Positions 34,653-44,262 of a stretch of 64,000 nt of DNA are shown one piece after another. Each line of letters opens with the position of its first letter. The stretch's first letter is position 1. The notes below the pieces were generated by a model. That model saw nothing but the letters and a program-made list of their open reading frames with translations. It searched no databases and was not told where the DNA came from. Position numbers and translations under genes: made by a program. The stretch comes from Candidatus Glassbacteria bacterium (GTDB taxonomy: Bacteria > Gemmatimonadota > Glassbacteria > GWA2-58-10): assembly GCA_963752515.1 (NCBI GenBank), contig CAVVYO010000006.1, forward strand, positions 466,284 through 530,283, read 5' to 3'.

Positions 34653-34716
34653 GCTGCCGCGCCGGACCGGGCGGGCAGGGAGGCTTGATTTCTCCGGGAA
34701 TCTCTTCTACCTTCCC
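34653..34716 (+). promoter_or_regulatory. Conserved upstream module (copy 1) containing a promoter-like TTGATT-17-TACCTT
   Basis: GCTGCCGCGCCGGACCGGGCGGGC....CTTGATTTCTCCGGGAATCTCTTCTACCTTCCC. Near-identical to 52699-52761. It lies 132 nt upstream of the ATG at 34845. Confidence 0.4.
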
Positions 34717-34844
34717 TGCTGTGTCGACCCGATCCGCGCCCGAACCCACGAGTCTCCACGCCGGTGTGAAACCTGAAGCGGCCCGGCCGCTGCCCCAAAC
34801 GCCATTTCCGGCACCGGTGGGTAACATCCAACTGGGAGGTTGAG

Positions 34845-37800
34845 ATGGCTCGTCTCCTGGTCTGCCCGCTGCTCGCCCTGTCGATGCTGATCGGGCCGCT
34901 CCCGCTCTCCCCTTCCAATGGTCCCGCCCGCGGCGCATCGCTCCTCCCGGCTGCCCCCGGCGCGCTAACCATCGATGGCGGACTGTCCGATCTCATCTGG
35001 CGACAGGCGGCAGCGGTGGAGCTGGAGCCGTCGGAGCCGGGGGTACCCGCCGCCCTGGGCGGCCGGGTGAGCCTGGTCCGGAGCGGCGGCGAACTTTGCC
35101 TGGCGGCTTTCCTCCCCGAGCCCGGGGGCCGGGTGCTGGCCCGCTCGATCGGCTGGAACCCGGTCTGGGAGCAGGATGCCCCGACCTCTCCGCTGGTCGA
35201 GGACCTGCTGGTAATCGAGCTCACTCCGGACCACCCGGCGCGCGACCGCTCACCCCTGAGGATCGAGATCAACCCCTGGGGGGCTTGCCGGATGGAGCGC
35301 GATGGCCGGACCGTGCCATCCTCCGCCGCCCTGGTCGCGGCTCGGATCGACAGCGCGGGCTGGTCGGTGGAGCTGGCCCTGCCCCTGGAGGAGGTGATCG
35401 GGACAGGGAAGGAAACTGAAATCAGCCTGGCGATCACCCGCTTTCGTTCCCGTCGCCCGCTGGACCCGCAGTTCCGCTGGCAGTCCCCCGCCAGGGGAAA
35501 GTTCGCCCGCTTCCGCACTGCTTTGGCCGACAGCTCAGCCGGGACCGCCCGGCCGGAGTTCCATCCGCCGCAGCTTGGCAACGACGATCCGCCGCTGCGG
35601 GTGGGCCGGGTCCGGGCAGTCCCGCCGGCCGCGCTGATTGCGGACGATCCGTTCTGGCAGGACGTACCCAGCTTCCGGCTGCTCAGGAACGAGCCCTCCC
35701 CGCGCGAGCCCCGCTACCCGACCGAAATCAAGTGGGTGCACGATGGCCGCCGGCTGGCGCTGCTGGTCCATTGCACGGAAAGCTCCCGGGTGGACTGCGA
35801 CCATGGCGCCCGGGATGGCGACCTGGCCGGTGATGACCATCTCTGCATCTACCTGGCCACCAGCGGCAGCCGGGTGATCGAGATCCTGGTGAACCCGGCC
35901 GGCGCGGTGCGGGATGGCCTGGCGCAGGGTCCGCGGGCGGCACGGGCCGGCGCCGGGGCCTGGGATGGTGAGGTCGATGCGGCTACTCGGATCGACCGCG
36001 ACCGCTGGCAGTTGCGGGTGAACCTTCCGCTCGATCAGATCGCCGCCGCGCTGGGGGAATCCGCAGTGCCGACCGAGTGGAGGGTGCTGGTTGGCCGGGC
36101 CCGCCAGCCGCGCCTGGGCGAGCCGGGGGAGCTGAGCACGACTCCGATGCTGGGCAATCCGTTCCTGCTGGCTCCCGCCCGTTTCCGCCGGCTCGAGCTG
36201 ACCGGAGAGGATCCCGCGCGCCTCGACCCCGACCCGGCGCAGCAGCCGGTCCCGGAGCCGACCGGCCTGGCCGGCCAACTCGCCGGACTCGATTCCGAGG
36301 TCTTCTCGCCGGTCGAGCGCACCTACCTCAGGCTCCCCGGGATGCTGGAGCGCCAACTGGAGGGCCGGGTCGAGCGCCTGGCCATGCAGGAGCACCGGGA
36401 GTGGCTCACGGTCGAGAGCCTGCCGCAGTGGCAGCAGTTCCGCGACCGCCGGGTCGAGCGGCTGAAAGCGGCGTTGGGGGAGTTCCCCGCGCGGCGGGCA
36501 CCGCTCGAGTGCCGGGAATCCTCGGTCCATCATGGCGAGGGCTACCGGCTGCATAACCTCGCCTTCCAGAGCCGGCCCGGATGCTGGGTGGCGGCCAACC
36601 TCTACCTGCCGGCCGAGCCGCCCGCAGGGAAGCTGCCGGCGATCGTGATTATCCCCAGCCACCATTACCCCAAGATCCAGGGCGAGCTCAAGGACTGCGG
36701 GATGGTCTGGGCCCGCAGCGGCTGCGCGGTGCTGGTGCTGGAAACCCTCGGCTATGGCGAGCGGGTCGAGGTCAACCCCTGGAACCGCCAGCCCTACCAG
36801 TCGGAAAGCCAGCTCGAGCTGCAGCTAAGCCTGGTCGGCCAGAGCCGGCTGGGCTGGATCGCCTGGGATCTCAGCCGGGCGGTCGATCTGTTGCTGGCGC
36901 GCGGGGACATCGACCCCGAGCGGCTGATCCTGATCGGTTCGGTGACCTGGGGCGGCGGCCGTCCGGCGGCGATCGCGGGCCTGCTGGAGGAGCGTTTCGC
37001 GGCGGTGGTGCCGTTCAACTGGGGCCGGGTCTACTGGGAAAGCTTCGGCCTGCGCCGCAGCGCGATCGACCGGATCAGCGCCTGGTTCACCTGCGCGGCG
37101 ATCGCCCCGCGACGGCTGGTCTACGCCCACGAGTTCTCCTGGGAGGGCGAGGAGGGCCACTCCCTGCCCGCAATCGACATTCCGGCCTGGCCGCGCTATC
37201 AGCGGGTCTACCGGCTGTACGGAGCGGAGGGCAACCTCGCCTCTGCCCAGGGACAGGGCCTGCTGCGGGTGCCGGAAACCATGGGCGACTGCTACAGCCT
37301 GGGCAGTGTCCAGCGCCGGCCGCTCTACGAGCTTTTCCACCGCTGGTTCGGCTTTCCCCGGCCCGCGCCGGAGGACCTGAACCTCGAGCCCGACTCCTGG
37401 CTCGGTTTCGGCGGCCTGCGCCAGGGGCTGGAGCAGGTCCGCCTCAAGGAAGCGCGACGCCGCCCGGCCGACTCCACGCTGCTCAGCATCACGCCGAAAA
37501 CCGATGCGGCGATCGAGCGCAAGGCGCTGCATCAGCTGGCGCGCGAGGAAGCGCTCCGGCAGCTCCGGGAAACCCGCCGGCGGCTGGCCGGGCTGGAACC
37601 GGCCAGGCGCAGGCAAGTCCTGGCCGACAGCCTGGATCGCCTGCTGGGCGGCGTCTCCCCCGCCGGCATCCCGGCCGCGGAGGAAAAATGGCGGCAATCG
37701 CTGGAGGGGGTAATGGTGGAGGCGGTGGCGCTGCGCCCGGAGGAGGGGATCATCCTCCCGCTGCTGCTCCTCCGGCCGGGCCGGGCCGACAGCAATCCGC

Positions 37801-38567
37801 TCCCGGTGGTGCTGGCCCTGTCCGAGGAGGGCAAGGACCGCTTGCTCAGGCAGCGCAGCGGAGAAATCGCGGAACTGCTGGCGGCCGGAGTGGCGGTCTG
37901 CCTGCCGGATGTGCGGGGAACCGGCGAAACCGCGCCCTCCCAGTACAACCGGGACTCCTACCTGACGGACCGGGCGCTGGACTTGGGCGAAACCCTGCTC
38001 GGGACCCGGGTGCGGGATGTCCGGGCAGTGCTGGCCTACCTGCGCGGGCGCGCTGACCTCGATGGCCGGCGGATCGCGCTGTGGGGGGAGTCATTCGCCA
38101 CCGCCAATCCACGGAAGCTGTGGGTGGAAGAACTGCCGGACTGGCCGGTGAGCCCGCAGCCCCAGCACTTGTCGAGCCCGCTCGGGGGGCAGCTGGCGCT
38201 GCTGACCGCGCTGTTCGAGCCCGAGGTCCGGGCGGTGGCGGCCCGCGGGATGCTGGCCGGCTATCTTTCCCTGCTGGAGAGCAATGTCACCTATCTGCCG
38301 TTCGACATGACAGTCCCCGGCATTTTCGCCGCGGGGGACACCGATGACCGCTGCGCCGTCCTGGCGCCGCTGCCCCTGCTGGTGGCGGGCGCGGTCGATG
38401 GCCGCAACCGGCTGCTAAATGAGCGGGAACTGCGGCAGGCCCTGGGCCAGACCATCAGCCGCTATGAAGCAACCGGCGGCTCCGGCGGATTGATACTGCG
38501 CCCGCAGACTGCCGCACCAGGGCCTGCGCAGTGGCTGGCGGCGCAATTGAACGGCATGGACAGGTAG
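34845..38567 (+). CDS. Large secreted multidomain protein: two CBM9/DOMON-like modules followed by two alpha/beta-hydrolase (esterase/dienelactone-hydrolase-like) modules
   Basis: Intact 1240-aa ORF with GGGAGG RBS and signal peptide MARLLVCPLLALSMLIG. The pattern ..IDGGLSDLIWRQA.. and ..DPFWQDVPSF.. occurs twice. Hydrolase-like LPAIVIIPSHH.., PLPVVLALSEEG.., and nucleophile-elbow-like WGESFA. Domain names are from pattern recognition only. Confidence 0.8.
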   Translation: MARLLVCPLLALSMLIGPLPLSPSNGPARGASLLPAAPGALTIDGGLSDLIWRQAAAVELEPSEPGVPAALGGRVSLVRSGGELCLAAFLPEPGGRVLARSIGWNPVWEQDAPTSPLVEDLLVIELTPDHPARDRSPLRIEINPWGACRMERDGRTVPSSAALVAARIDSAGWSVELALPLEEVIGTGKETEISLAITRFRSRRPLDPQFRWQSPARGKFARFRTALADSSAGTARPEFHPPQLGNDDPPLRVGRVRAVPPAALIADDPFWQDVPSFRLLRNEPSPREPRYPTEIKWVHDGRRLALLVHCTESSRVDCDHGARDGDLAGDDHLCIYLATSGSRVIEILVNPAGAVRDGLAQGPRAARAGAGAWDGEVDAATRIDRDRWQLRVNLPLDQIAAALGESAVPTEWRVLVGRARQPRLGEPGELSTTPMLGNPFLLAPARFRRLELTGEDPARLDPDPAQQPVPEPTGLAGQLAGLDSEVFSPVERTYLRLPGMLERQLEGRVERLAMQEHREWLTVESLPQWQQFRDRRVERLKAALGEFPARRAPLECRESSVHHGEGYRLHNLAFQSRPGCWVAANLYLPAEPPAGKLPAIVIIPSHHYPKIQGELKDCGMVWARSGCAVLVLETLGYGERVEVNPWNRQPYQSESQLELQLSLVGQSRLGWIAWDLSRAVDLLLARGDIDPERLILIGSVTWGGGRPAAIAGLLEERFAAVVPFNWGRVYWESFGLRRSAIDRISAWFTCAAIAPRRLVYAHEFSWEGEEGHSLPAIDIPAWPRYQRVYRLYGAEGNLASAQGQGLLRVPETMGDCYSLGSVQRRPLYELFHRWFGFPRPAPEDLNLEPDSWLGFGGLRQGLEQVRLKEARRRPADSTLLSITPKTDAAIERKALHQLAREEALRQLRETRRRLAGLEPARRRQVLADSLDRLLGGVSPAGIPAAEEKWRQSLEGVMVEAVALRPEEGIILPLLLLRPGRADSNPLPVVLALSEEGKDRLLRQRSGEIAELLAAGVAVCLPDVRGTGETAPSQYNRDSYLTDRALDLGETLLGTRVRDVRAVLAYLRGRADLDGRRIALWGESFATANPRKLWVEELPDWPVSPQPQHLSSPLGGQLALLTALFEPEVRAVAARGMLAGYLSLLESNVTYLPFDMTVPGIFAAGDTDDRCAVLAPLPLLVAGAVDGRNRLLNERELRQALGQTISRYEATGGSGGLILRPQTAAPGPAQWLAAQLNGMDR

Positions 38568-38718
38568 ACCGCAGCCGGGCCCCGGGAGAGCGGACGATCC
38601 GGATCAAGCGGTGTTACCCGGCCTTGATCGCCGATCAGCAGTTGCCGGTCCGGACCGGCGCCGTTTCCCGCGCCGGCCTCGCGCCAAAAACCTGACTTCG
38701 CTGATCGAGCCGGCCCTG

Positions 38719-40707
38719 TTATCGGAGCAGCCCGGGACTGTCCGCCCGGAAGACCGCTTCCCGCCCGCCGACCGCGACCCGGATCCGGCCCTGCTCGAAC
38801 CGGACCGAGCTTTCCGCCGGCGCGGCCTCGAAAGCGTTCGGATCGGCCGGGGTGTCGGTGATCTCGATCGCGTGGATGAACAGGTGCTCCAGGCCTCCGG
38901 TCGGGTCGCCCACCTCGAAGCGGCCCACTCCCATCCCCTCCTGCAAGGGAAGGGTTCCCTCGGGCGCGATCTTTCGCCCGCCGGCCTGAAAGGAATCGAC
39001 CCAGGCAATCTCCGCGGCCTGCGGCCAGAGGGTGGTGACCAGCACCCGGCCGCCCTCGCGGTCCAGACGGAAGCGCTGCACAGCCTGCTCCCGGTCCGGG
39101 GGCACCGGGCAATGCCAGAGCACGCGCGGCTCCAGGTCCGGCCGTTTCACCCGCACCCGATCCAGCACCACCAGGTAACGATCATCGAGGAAACACAGCT
39201 CGCGGGTCACCCGCTCCGCGCGATCATCGGGATAGGCGGCGGTGAAGTCCCCGGCCACATAGGCCAGCCCGGGAAGGTCCAGGTAGTCCAGGATCTCGCC
39301 GGTCTCGGAGCGGCTGTTGGCGAGGTACTCCCCGAGCGTGGCATCGCCCTGGCTGGAAAAGACCCGCTGGCCGCCCTCATCCCCGGGCAGCGCCGGGTCG
39401 AGGATCAGGATGCTGTTGTGGGCGACCGTGCGGTGCCAGTACTCGCGGCGGAACGGGCCATCGAAAGTGAGGTAGGCCCCGCTGTCGATCAGCAGCGGCG
39501 CCCGGCGGAAGATGTCCAGGTGGCCCTGGTCGAAATGGCCGTGGTCATCGAAGTAGTTGCCGCATTTGAAAAACACCGTCGTGCCCTGCTCCTGCCAGCC
39601 GCTCTTCCAGACCACCATCCCCGTGCCCTCGCGGCTGAAGAGCTTCCTGAGGGGCAGGGCGCTCTCGGCCAGCGTGTCCGCTTCTGGGTCGAAGAACAGG
39701 AAGTAGACATAGGCCGAGGGCCGCTCCACCACCGGGCCGGCATTCTCCCGCAGCAGCTTGCGCAGGAAACCGGCCCCAACCGGGTCGCGATAGCCTTGGG
39801 CGCGCTCGGAGACAGCGCGGAAGGAGTAGTGGTCGGAAGTCAGGCTGTAGCTGTCACCGAAACGCAGGTAGGTGCCATCCGGGTAGCGGCCGTAGATGTT
39901 GAACAGCAGTTCCTGCCGGGCCCAGTCCCCCTGCTCCCGGGCGATGTCTTCCCAGAGGTTCTCCCCGGTGGCCGAGTGCCAGCCGGAGATGAAATGTCCG
40001 GTGAGCCACATCGTGTACTTGCGGCCATAGCCGAAGCTGTTGTGCACGCTGCCATCCTGCAGCCGCCGGGCGGGAAACAGGCGCTCGCGCCAGTAACGGC
40101 CGCCATAGTCGATCAGACGCTCCGCCGCGGGATGGTCCCCCTGCAGGGCCAGTCCGGCCAGGGCCACCCCCGCCGCCCAGCCGTACATCCGGGTGTGGAA
40201 GATGTGCGAGCCGTGCTCGAGCTGGTCGGCCAGCGCCAACCCGGCCCGGGCGATCTCTTCCGCCGCCTGCCGCTTTTCCCCCTCATCGAAGGCGGGATGA
40301 CGGCCGAGCCAGTCGTAGGCCATCGCGTGCCAGGCGAGGGTGATCCCCTGGTCGGTGGTGCCCTCCAGCTCCACCGGTTGCTGCAGGATCGCCACCGCGC
40401 TGTCCGCGGCGGCGTGGGACTCCATGCTCCGGGCGGGGTCGCCGGCCAGGATCAGGGCGCGCAGGGCGAGGTTGGGCAGCGAACCGCCCAGCAGCCCCAA
40501 CACCGGCGCCGCCTCCGGCCGGGCGGCCCGCCGGCGGATGGTCTCGACTGTCAGGCCCCGGCCCCCATCCCAGTCGCCGCCGCGGAAAAACAGCCGGGGG
40601 TGCGAGGCGACCACAGACGGCCCGGCGGCGGCTCCATTGCCCGGGACCAGGCAGGTTAGGAGCAGGAGCGGCAAGGTTTTGAGCAACTGGCGGCGAATGA
40701 GGTTCAT
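38719..40707 (-). CDS. Heparinase II/III-like polysaccharide lyase family protein, secreted
   Basis: Signal peptide MNLIRRQLLKTLPLLLLTCLV (start at 40707). Motifs: HPRLFF.., FFKCGNYFDDHGHFDQGHLDIF, YWHRTVAHNSILI, typical of the Hepar_II_III fold. Confidence 0.8.
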   Translation of the reverse strand: MNLIRRQLLKTLPLLLLTCLVPGNGAAAGPSVVASHPRLFFRGGDWDGGRGLTVETIRRRAARPEAAPVLGLLGGSLPNLALRALILAGDPARSMESHAAADSAVAILQQPVELEGTTDQGITLAWHAMAYDWLGRHPAFDEGEKRQAAEEIARAGLALADQLEHGSHIFHTRMYGWAAGVALAGLALQGDHPAAERLIDYGGRYWRERLFPARRLQDGSVHNSFGYGRKYTMWLTGHFISGWHSATGENLWEDIAREQGDWARQELLFNIYGRYPDGTYLRFGDSYSLTSDHYSFRAVSERAQGYRDPVGAGFLRKLLRENAGPVVERPSAYVYFLFFDPEADTLAESALPLRKLFSREGTGMVVWKSGWQEQGTTVFFKCGNYFDDHGHFDQGHLDIFRRAPLLIDSGAYLTFDGPFRREYWHRTVAHNSILILDPALPGDEGGQRVFSSQGDATLGEYLANSRSETGEILDYLDLPGLAYVAGDFTAAYPDDRAERVTRELCFLDDRYLVVLDRVRVKRPDLEPRVLWHCPVPPDREQAVQRFRLDREGGRVLVTTLWPQAAEIAWVDSFQAGGRKIAPEGTLPLQEGMGVGRFEVGDPTGGLEHLFIHAIEITDTPADPNAFEAAPAESSVRFEQGRIRVAVGGREAVFRADSPGLLR

Positions 40708-41134
40708 GGTCTGCCCCCGTGGCGAGGATTGCCGGTTGAGCATGGGATGGGAACCGGGACATCTCCGTCGTGGCCGAAGCTTCCGATCATGGTCCGGAGG
40801 TTTTGTTCGCTTCGGAATATGGTCTACTCTCAGCAGAAGATCAAGGATTCGGCCGGGAGGGCGAATGGCTCCACCCGAGCGAGGCCCCACCGGCTTGACA
40901 GGCCGGGACGCGCCGCCCGGAAGCATCGCCTCATCCCTGCTCGGACATTATTAACTTGACAAGCCCGTCCTGACAAGTATTGATAGATGCGGTCGATCTT
41001 CCCGAAGATCCGACCGCAGCGATGAGCGGCGGATGGAGCTTGCCGCGGCGCTGCCTCAATTGCCGTGATCAGAAAAGCACTTTGGCATCGAGTGGTGATC
41101 CGATTGACTTCCTTGCACTCAACAGGGGGACAGG

Positions 41135-42790
41135 ATGAAAGTATTCTCGATGGGTTGCGCTTTGGCGGTCTTGGTGGCCCTGGCCTGCGGGACAGCTCCC
41201 GAAAGCGCGGGACGGCTGGCCGCTGTCGACCTGCTGGACCTGCCCTGCCCGGTCGAAACGCTGGTGGAGCTGGACACTCCCTCCGTGCGGCTGGCCGGCA
41301 ATGAGGACGAATCGCTGTGCTTCCGGCTGACCGCGGATTCGGTGACGGCCGGCGGCGCGATCATGGTCGAGGGCCTGCCGCCCGGGGTGAGCGTGGAGGC
41401 GTTCCTGGTGACTCCGCACACCCGTCGCCTGCGCGGCGACAAACAGGCCACGATGCCGTATTTCCTGGAGCGGTCCGATTCGGTCGCAGCCACCCCCGGC
41501 GGCAGCACGCTGGTCTACCTCACGTTCCATGCCGACAGCAGCGCCGCGGCCGGCACGGCGATGGTCAGCCTGACGGTGGGTGCGGCCCGCGCGCAGTTCG
41601 AGCTGACAGTCCGCCCGTTTCGCCTGCGCGAGCTGCAGGATTATTTCTTCGGCGCGTTCTGCGGCGAACGGGACATCAGCATCACTCCGGACCAGTTGCG
41701 CGACCTGGAGCGGCGCGGCTTCGATGCCCTGCAGTTTTTCTGGGGCAGCATCTCGGTCGACCTGACAAACCTCGATGGCAAACTCGCGATCGATTTCTCC
41801 ACGGTCGACCGCTGGATGGAGCAGTTCCAGGCCGCCGGGCTGAAAGGGCCGGTGGTCTGGTCGATGGGCAACGATGCCAACAGCCACCTGGAGAACGTGC
41901 TGGCCCGGCTGTTCGACCTGCCGCAAGCCGAGCCGCGCACGGTCGATGGCAAGACCACCAATTTCGCCGACATCACCAATCCCCGGCTCAACGCGCTGCT
42001 CAAGGAGCTGATGCTGGCGATCCGCGACCATGCCCGCCAGCAGGGCTGGCCGGAGATCGTGTTCCTGATCTACGATGAGCCCACCGAGCGGCTGATGGCC
42101 GAGCATGAGGACCGCTACCGCTTCCTCAAGTCCTTCTGGCCCGAGCTGCGGATCTACGGCGTGACCATGAACCGCATCGAGTGGGCGCGGGACATCGCGC
42201 CGATGGTGGACATTTTCGTGGCCAATGGCGATTTCGCCGAGATCAGGGCCCTGGCCGACAGCCTGGGCAAGCCGTTCTGGCTCTATGGCGGGGCTTCCAG
42301 CCTCGATGCCGCCGGCATCCGCCACAGCTACGCCTGGACCGCCTGGGCCAGCGCTGCCGAGGCCTCGTGGTTCTGGGCCTACAACTACGGGTCGGGCGAC
42401 CTGTACGATGATCTCGATGGCAGACTGGCCGAAACCTCGGCGCGGATGGTGTGGCCGCCGCGGGAGCAGGGAGGGCCGCTGGTGTGCAGTGTCAGTTGGG
42501 ATGGGATGCGCGAGGCGGCGGATGACCTGCGCTACGTCAAGATGCTGGAGTGGCTGCTGGACCAGGCCGACAACGAGTTGGCCGGCCGGATCAGGGAGGA
42601 CCTGCGGCAGGTGAGGAGCTCGATCCCCACGGGCCGGACAGTGCGGATCCTGGGCGGCGATGAGCACGACCGGGTGCAGCAGCTCGAGGGCCGCAAGTAC
42701 ATGGTCGAACTGCGCGAGCGGGTCGCCGGCTGGATCGGGGAACTGCTGCGGCAGGACCCGCAGCGCTTCGGCGACATCGTGCTGCGCTGA
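41135..42790 (+). CDS. Lipoprotein, putative glycoside-hydrolase-like TIM-barrel protein (DUF4091-like); function uncertain
   Basis: Intact 551-aa ORF with GGGGGA RBS. Signal/lipobox-like MKVFSMGCALAVLVALAC. Trp-rich C-terminal region (AWTAWASAAEASWFWAYNY) reminiscent of DUF4091. Confidence 0.7.
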   Translation: MKVFSMGCALAVLVALACGTAPESAGRLAAVDLLDLPCPVETLVELDTPSVRLAGNEDESLCFRLTADSVTAGGAIMVEGLPPGVSVEAFLVTPHTRRLRGDKQATMPYFLERSDSVAATPGGSTLVYLTFHADSSAAAGTAMVSLTVGAARAQFELTVRPFRLRELQDYFFGAFCGERDISITPDQLRDLERRGFDALQFFWGSISVDLTNLDGKLAIDFSTVDRWMEQFQAAGLKGPVVWSMGNDANSHLENVLARLFDLPQAEPRTVDGKTTNFADITNPRLNALLKELMLAIRDHARQQGWPEIVFLIYDEPTERLMAEHEDRYRFLKSFWPELRIYGVTMNRIEWARDIAPMVDIFVANGDFAEIRALADSLGKPFWLYGGASSLDAAGIRHSYAWTAWASAAEASWFWAYNYGSGDLYDDLDGRLAETSARMVWPPREQGGPLVCSVSWDGMREAADDLRYVKMLEWLLDQADNELAGRIREDLRQVRSSIPTGRTVRILGGDEHDRVQQLEGRKYMVELRERVAGWIGELLRQDPQRFGDIVLR

Positions 42791-43009
42791 GGGCGGGGAT
42801 CAGCGCGGACACGGCCTTCCGGCGCGCCGCGCTGCCTGCCCCGCGGCCGGCGCGAGGTCTTGGCATGACCCCCCCCGGCCCCGCTGCCAGGGGGGTGCCA
42901 ATCCGCTGTGCCGTGGCGGCCCCAGCCGCCGGGGAGTCAGACCTGAGCCCGCGAACCAGGCCGTAGTATGTCATCCTGATTTGCTGCCCGGCCTCCAGCA
43001 ACAAACTAG

Positions 43010-43101
43010 CGAAAAAGTTTGGAAAGTGGAAGGGGGCGAAGGCATCCCTGGGGAGAGTGGAAAATCCCGAGATAATCGTGGATTTCCGCCCTCCCCCCGG
43101 A
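43010..43101. repeat. G/C-rich hairpin intergenic repeat, copy 4
   Basis: GCGAAAAAGTTTGGAAAGTGGAAGGGGGC...GGGGAGAGTGGAAAATCCCGAG-ata-ATCGTGGATTTCCGCCCTCCCCCCGG, between convergent genes. Confidence 0.75.
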
Positions 43102-43128
43102 TCAGTCAGCAGTTGTTGTTGATTGTCC

Positions 43129-44163
43129 TCAGGCCAGGTGCGGGCGCGGCCGGCCATCATCGACATAGTCCGGGCGCAGGTAGTGCAAGGTGAGCTGGTT
43201 GGCGCTCGGGCCCAGCCGCTGGTTGAGCTCGCGCATTTCTTCCGCGGTCATCGGGGTGAAATCCAGCGCCAGGTCGCAGGCGGAAGTGACATGCTCCGGG
43301 GCGTTCATCCCCAGCAGGATCCCGTGCACCGGCAGGCTCAGGCCGTAGCGGATCAACTCCGGGGCCGTGGCCTTGTCCGGCTCGTCGGCTTTCCGGATCA
43401 GCCGGCGCTGGCCGGTGATCTTGAAGGCGATCACCCCGATCCCCTGCTGGTTGGCCACGGGCAGGGAAAGCTCCTCGAAACTGGCATCCGACCGCGGGTT
43501 GAACTCGAACACGAACGGCACCTTGCTGGCATTGGCCCCCTGCAGGCAGACATCGAAATTGAAGCGCCGGAGGGCCTCGGCCATCGCCGGTGGATGGTTG
43601 TGGCTGGTCACCCCGATGTTGCGCACCACCCCCTGCTCTTTCAGCTTGACCAGGGTCTCCAGCGCGCCCGAGGCGAACATCGTCTCCACCTGCTGCAGGT
43701 CCTCGAGTGAGTGGATGTGGGCGATGTCGAGGTAGTCGGTGCGCAGGCGCTCCAGCGAGCGCTCGAAATTACGCAGCACCTGGTCCGGCCCCTGCTCGCA
43801 CTCGTACTTGGTGCTGAAGCAGACCTCCTGTCGGTGGGCCTGGAGCGCCTCGCCGAAACAGCCCTCGCTGCCCTGGCCGTAATTGGCGCTGGTGTCGAAC
43901 AGATTGATCCCCCGGCTGAAAGCCAGCTCGACCAGGGCCAGCCGCTGCTGGTAGTCCTCGATCATCCCCAGGGCGCTGCCGCCGCCCATCCCGATGATCG
44001 AGATTTCCAGCCCGGTCCGGCCGAGCCGGCGGCGGGGCAGCAGACTGCTTCCACCATCGCGGGAGCAGGTGAGCCCCGCCCCCAGCGCCGCCACGCCCAC
44101 CGCCCCGGCCAGGAATTCCCGCCGGCTCACCCGGTTCGATCCGCCAGTCTGCGCGCTGCTCAT
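43129..44163 (-). CDS. Aldo/keto reductase with canonical twin-arginine signal
   Basis: Intact 344-aa ORF. Tat motif SRREFLAGAVGVAALGAG. AKR motifs: GINLFDTSANYGQGSE, LERLRTDYLDIAHIHS. Confidence 0.9.
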   Translation of the reverse strand: MSSAQTGGSNRVSRREFLAGAVGVAALGAGLTCSRDGGSSLLPRRRLGRTGLEISIIGMGGGSALGMIEDYQQRLALVELAFSRGINLFDTSANYGQGSEGCFGEALQAHRQEVCFSTKYECEQGPDQVLRNFERSLERLRTDYLDIAHIHSLEDLQQVETMFASGALETLVKLKEQGVVRNIGVTSHNHPPAMAEALRRFNFDVCLQGANASKVPFVFEFNPRSDASFEELSLPVANQQGIGVIAFKITGQRRLIRKADEPDKATAPELIRYGLSLPVHGILLGMNAPEHVTSACDLALDFTPMTAEEMRELNQRLGPSANQLTLHYLRPDYVDDGRPRPHLA

Positions 44164-44262
44164 CGCCGTCTCTCCTTCTCGAAGCCAAAGGGATCGAATG
44201 ATGAAGCCGCCCGAGGAGCATCAAGCCACCACCCCAGCTCCCGAACGCCGTAGTCGCTGCGG

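Noticed and set aside
40956-40985. Promoter call at TTGACAAG...TGACAAGTATTGATAG upstream of the 41135 lipoprotein gene.
   Set aside because: A good -35 (TTGACA) is present and TGACAAG is duplicated. However, no convincing -10 hexamer lies at 16-19 nt spacing, so this is too weak to list as a feature.
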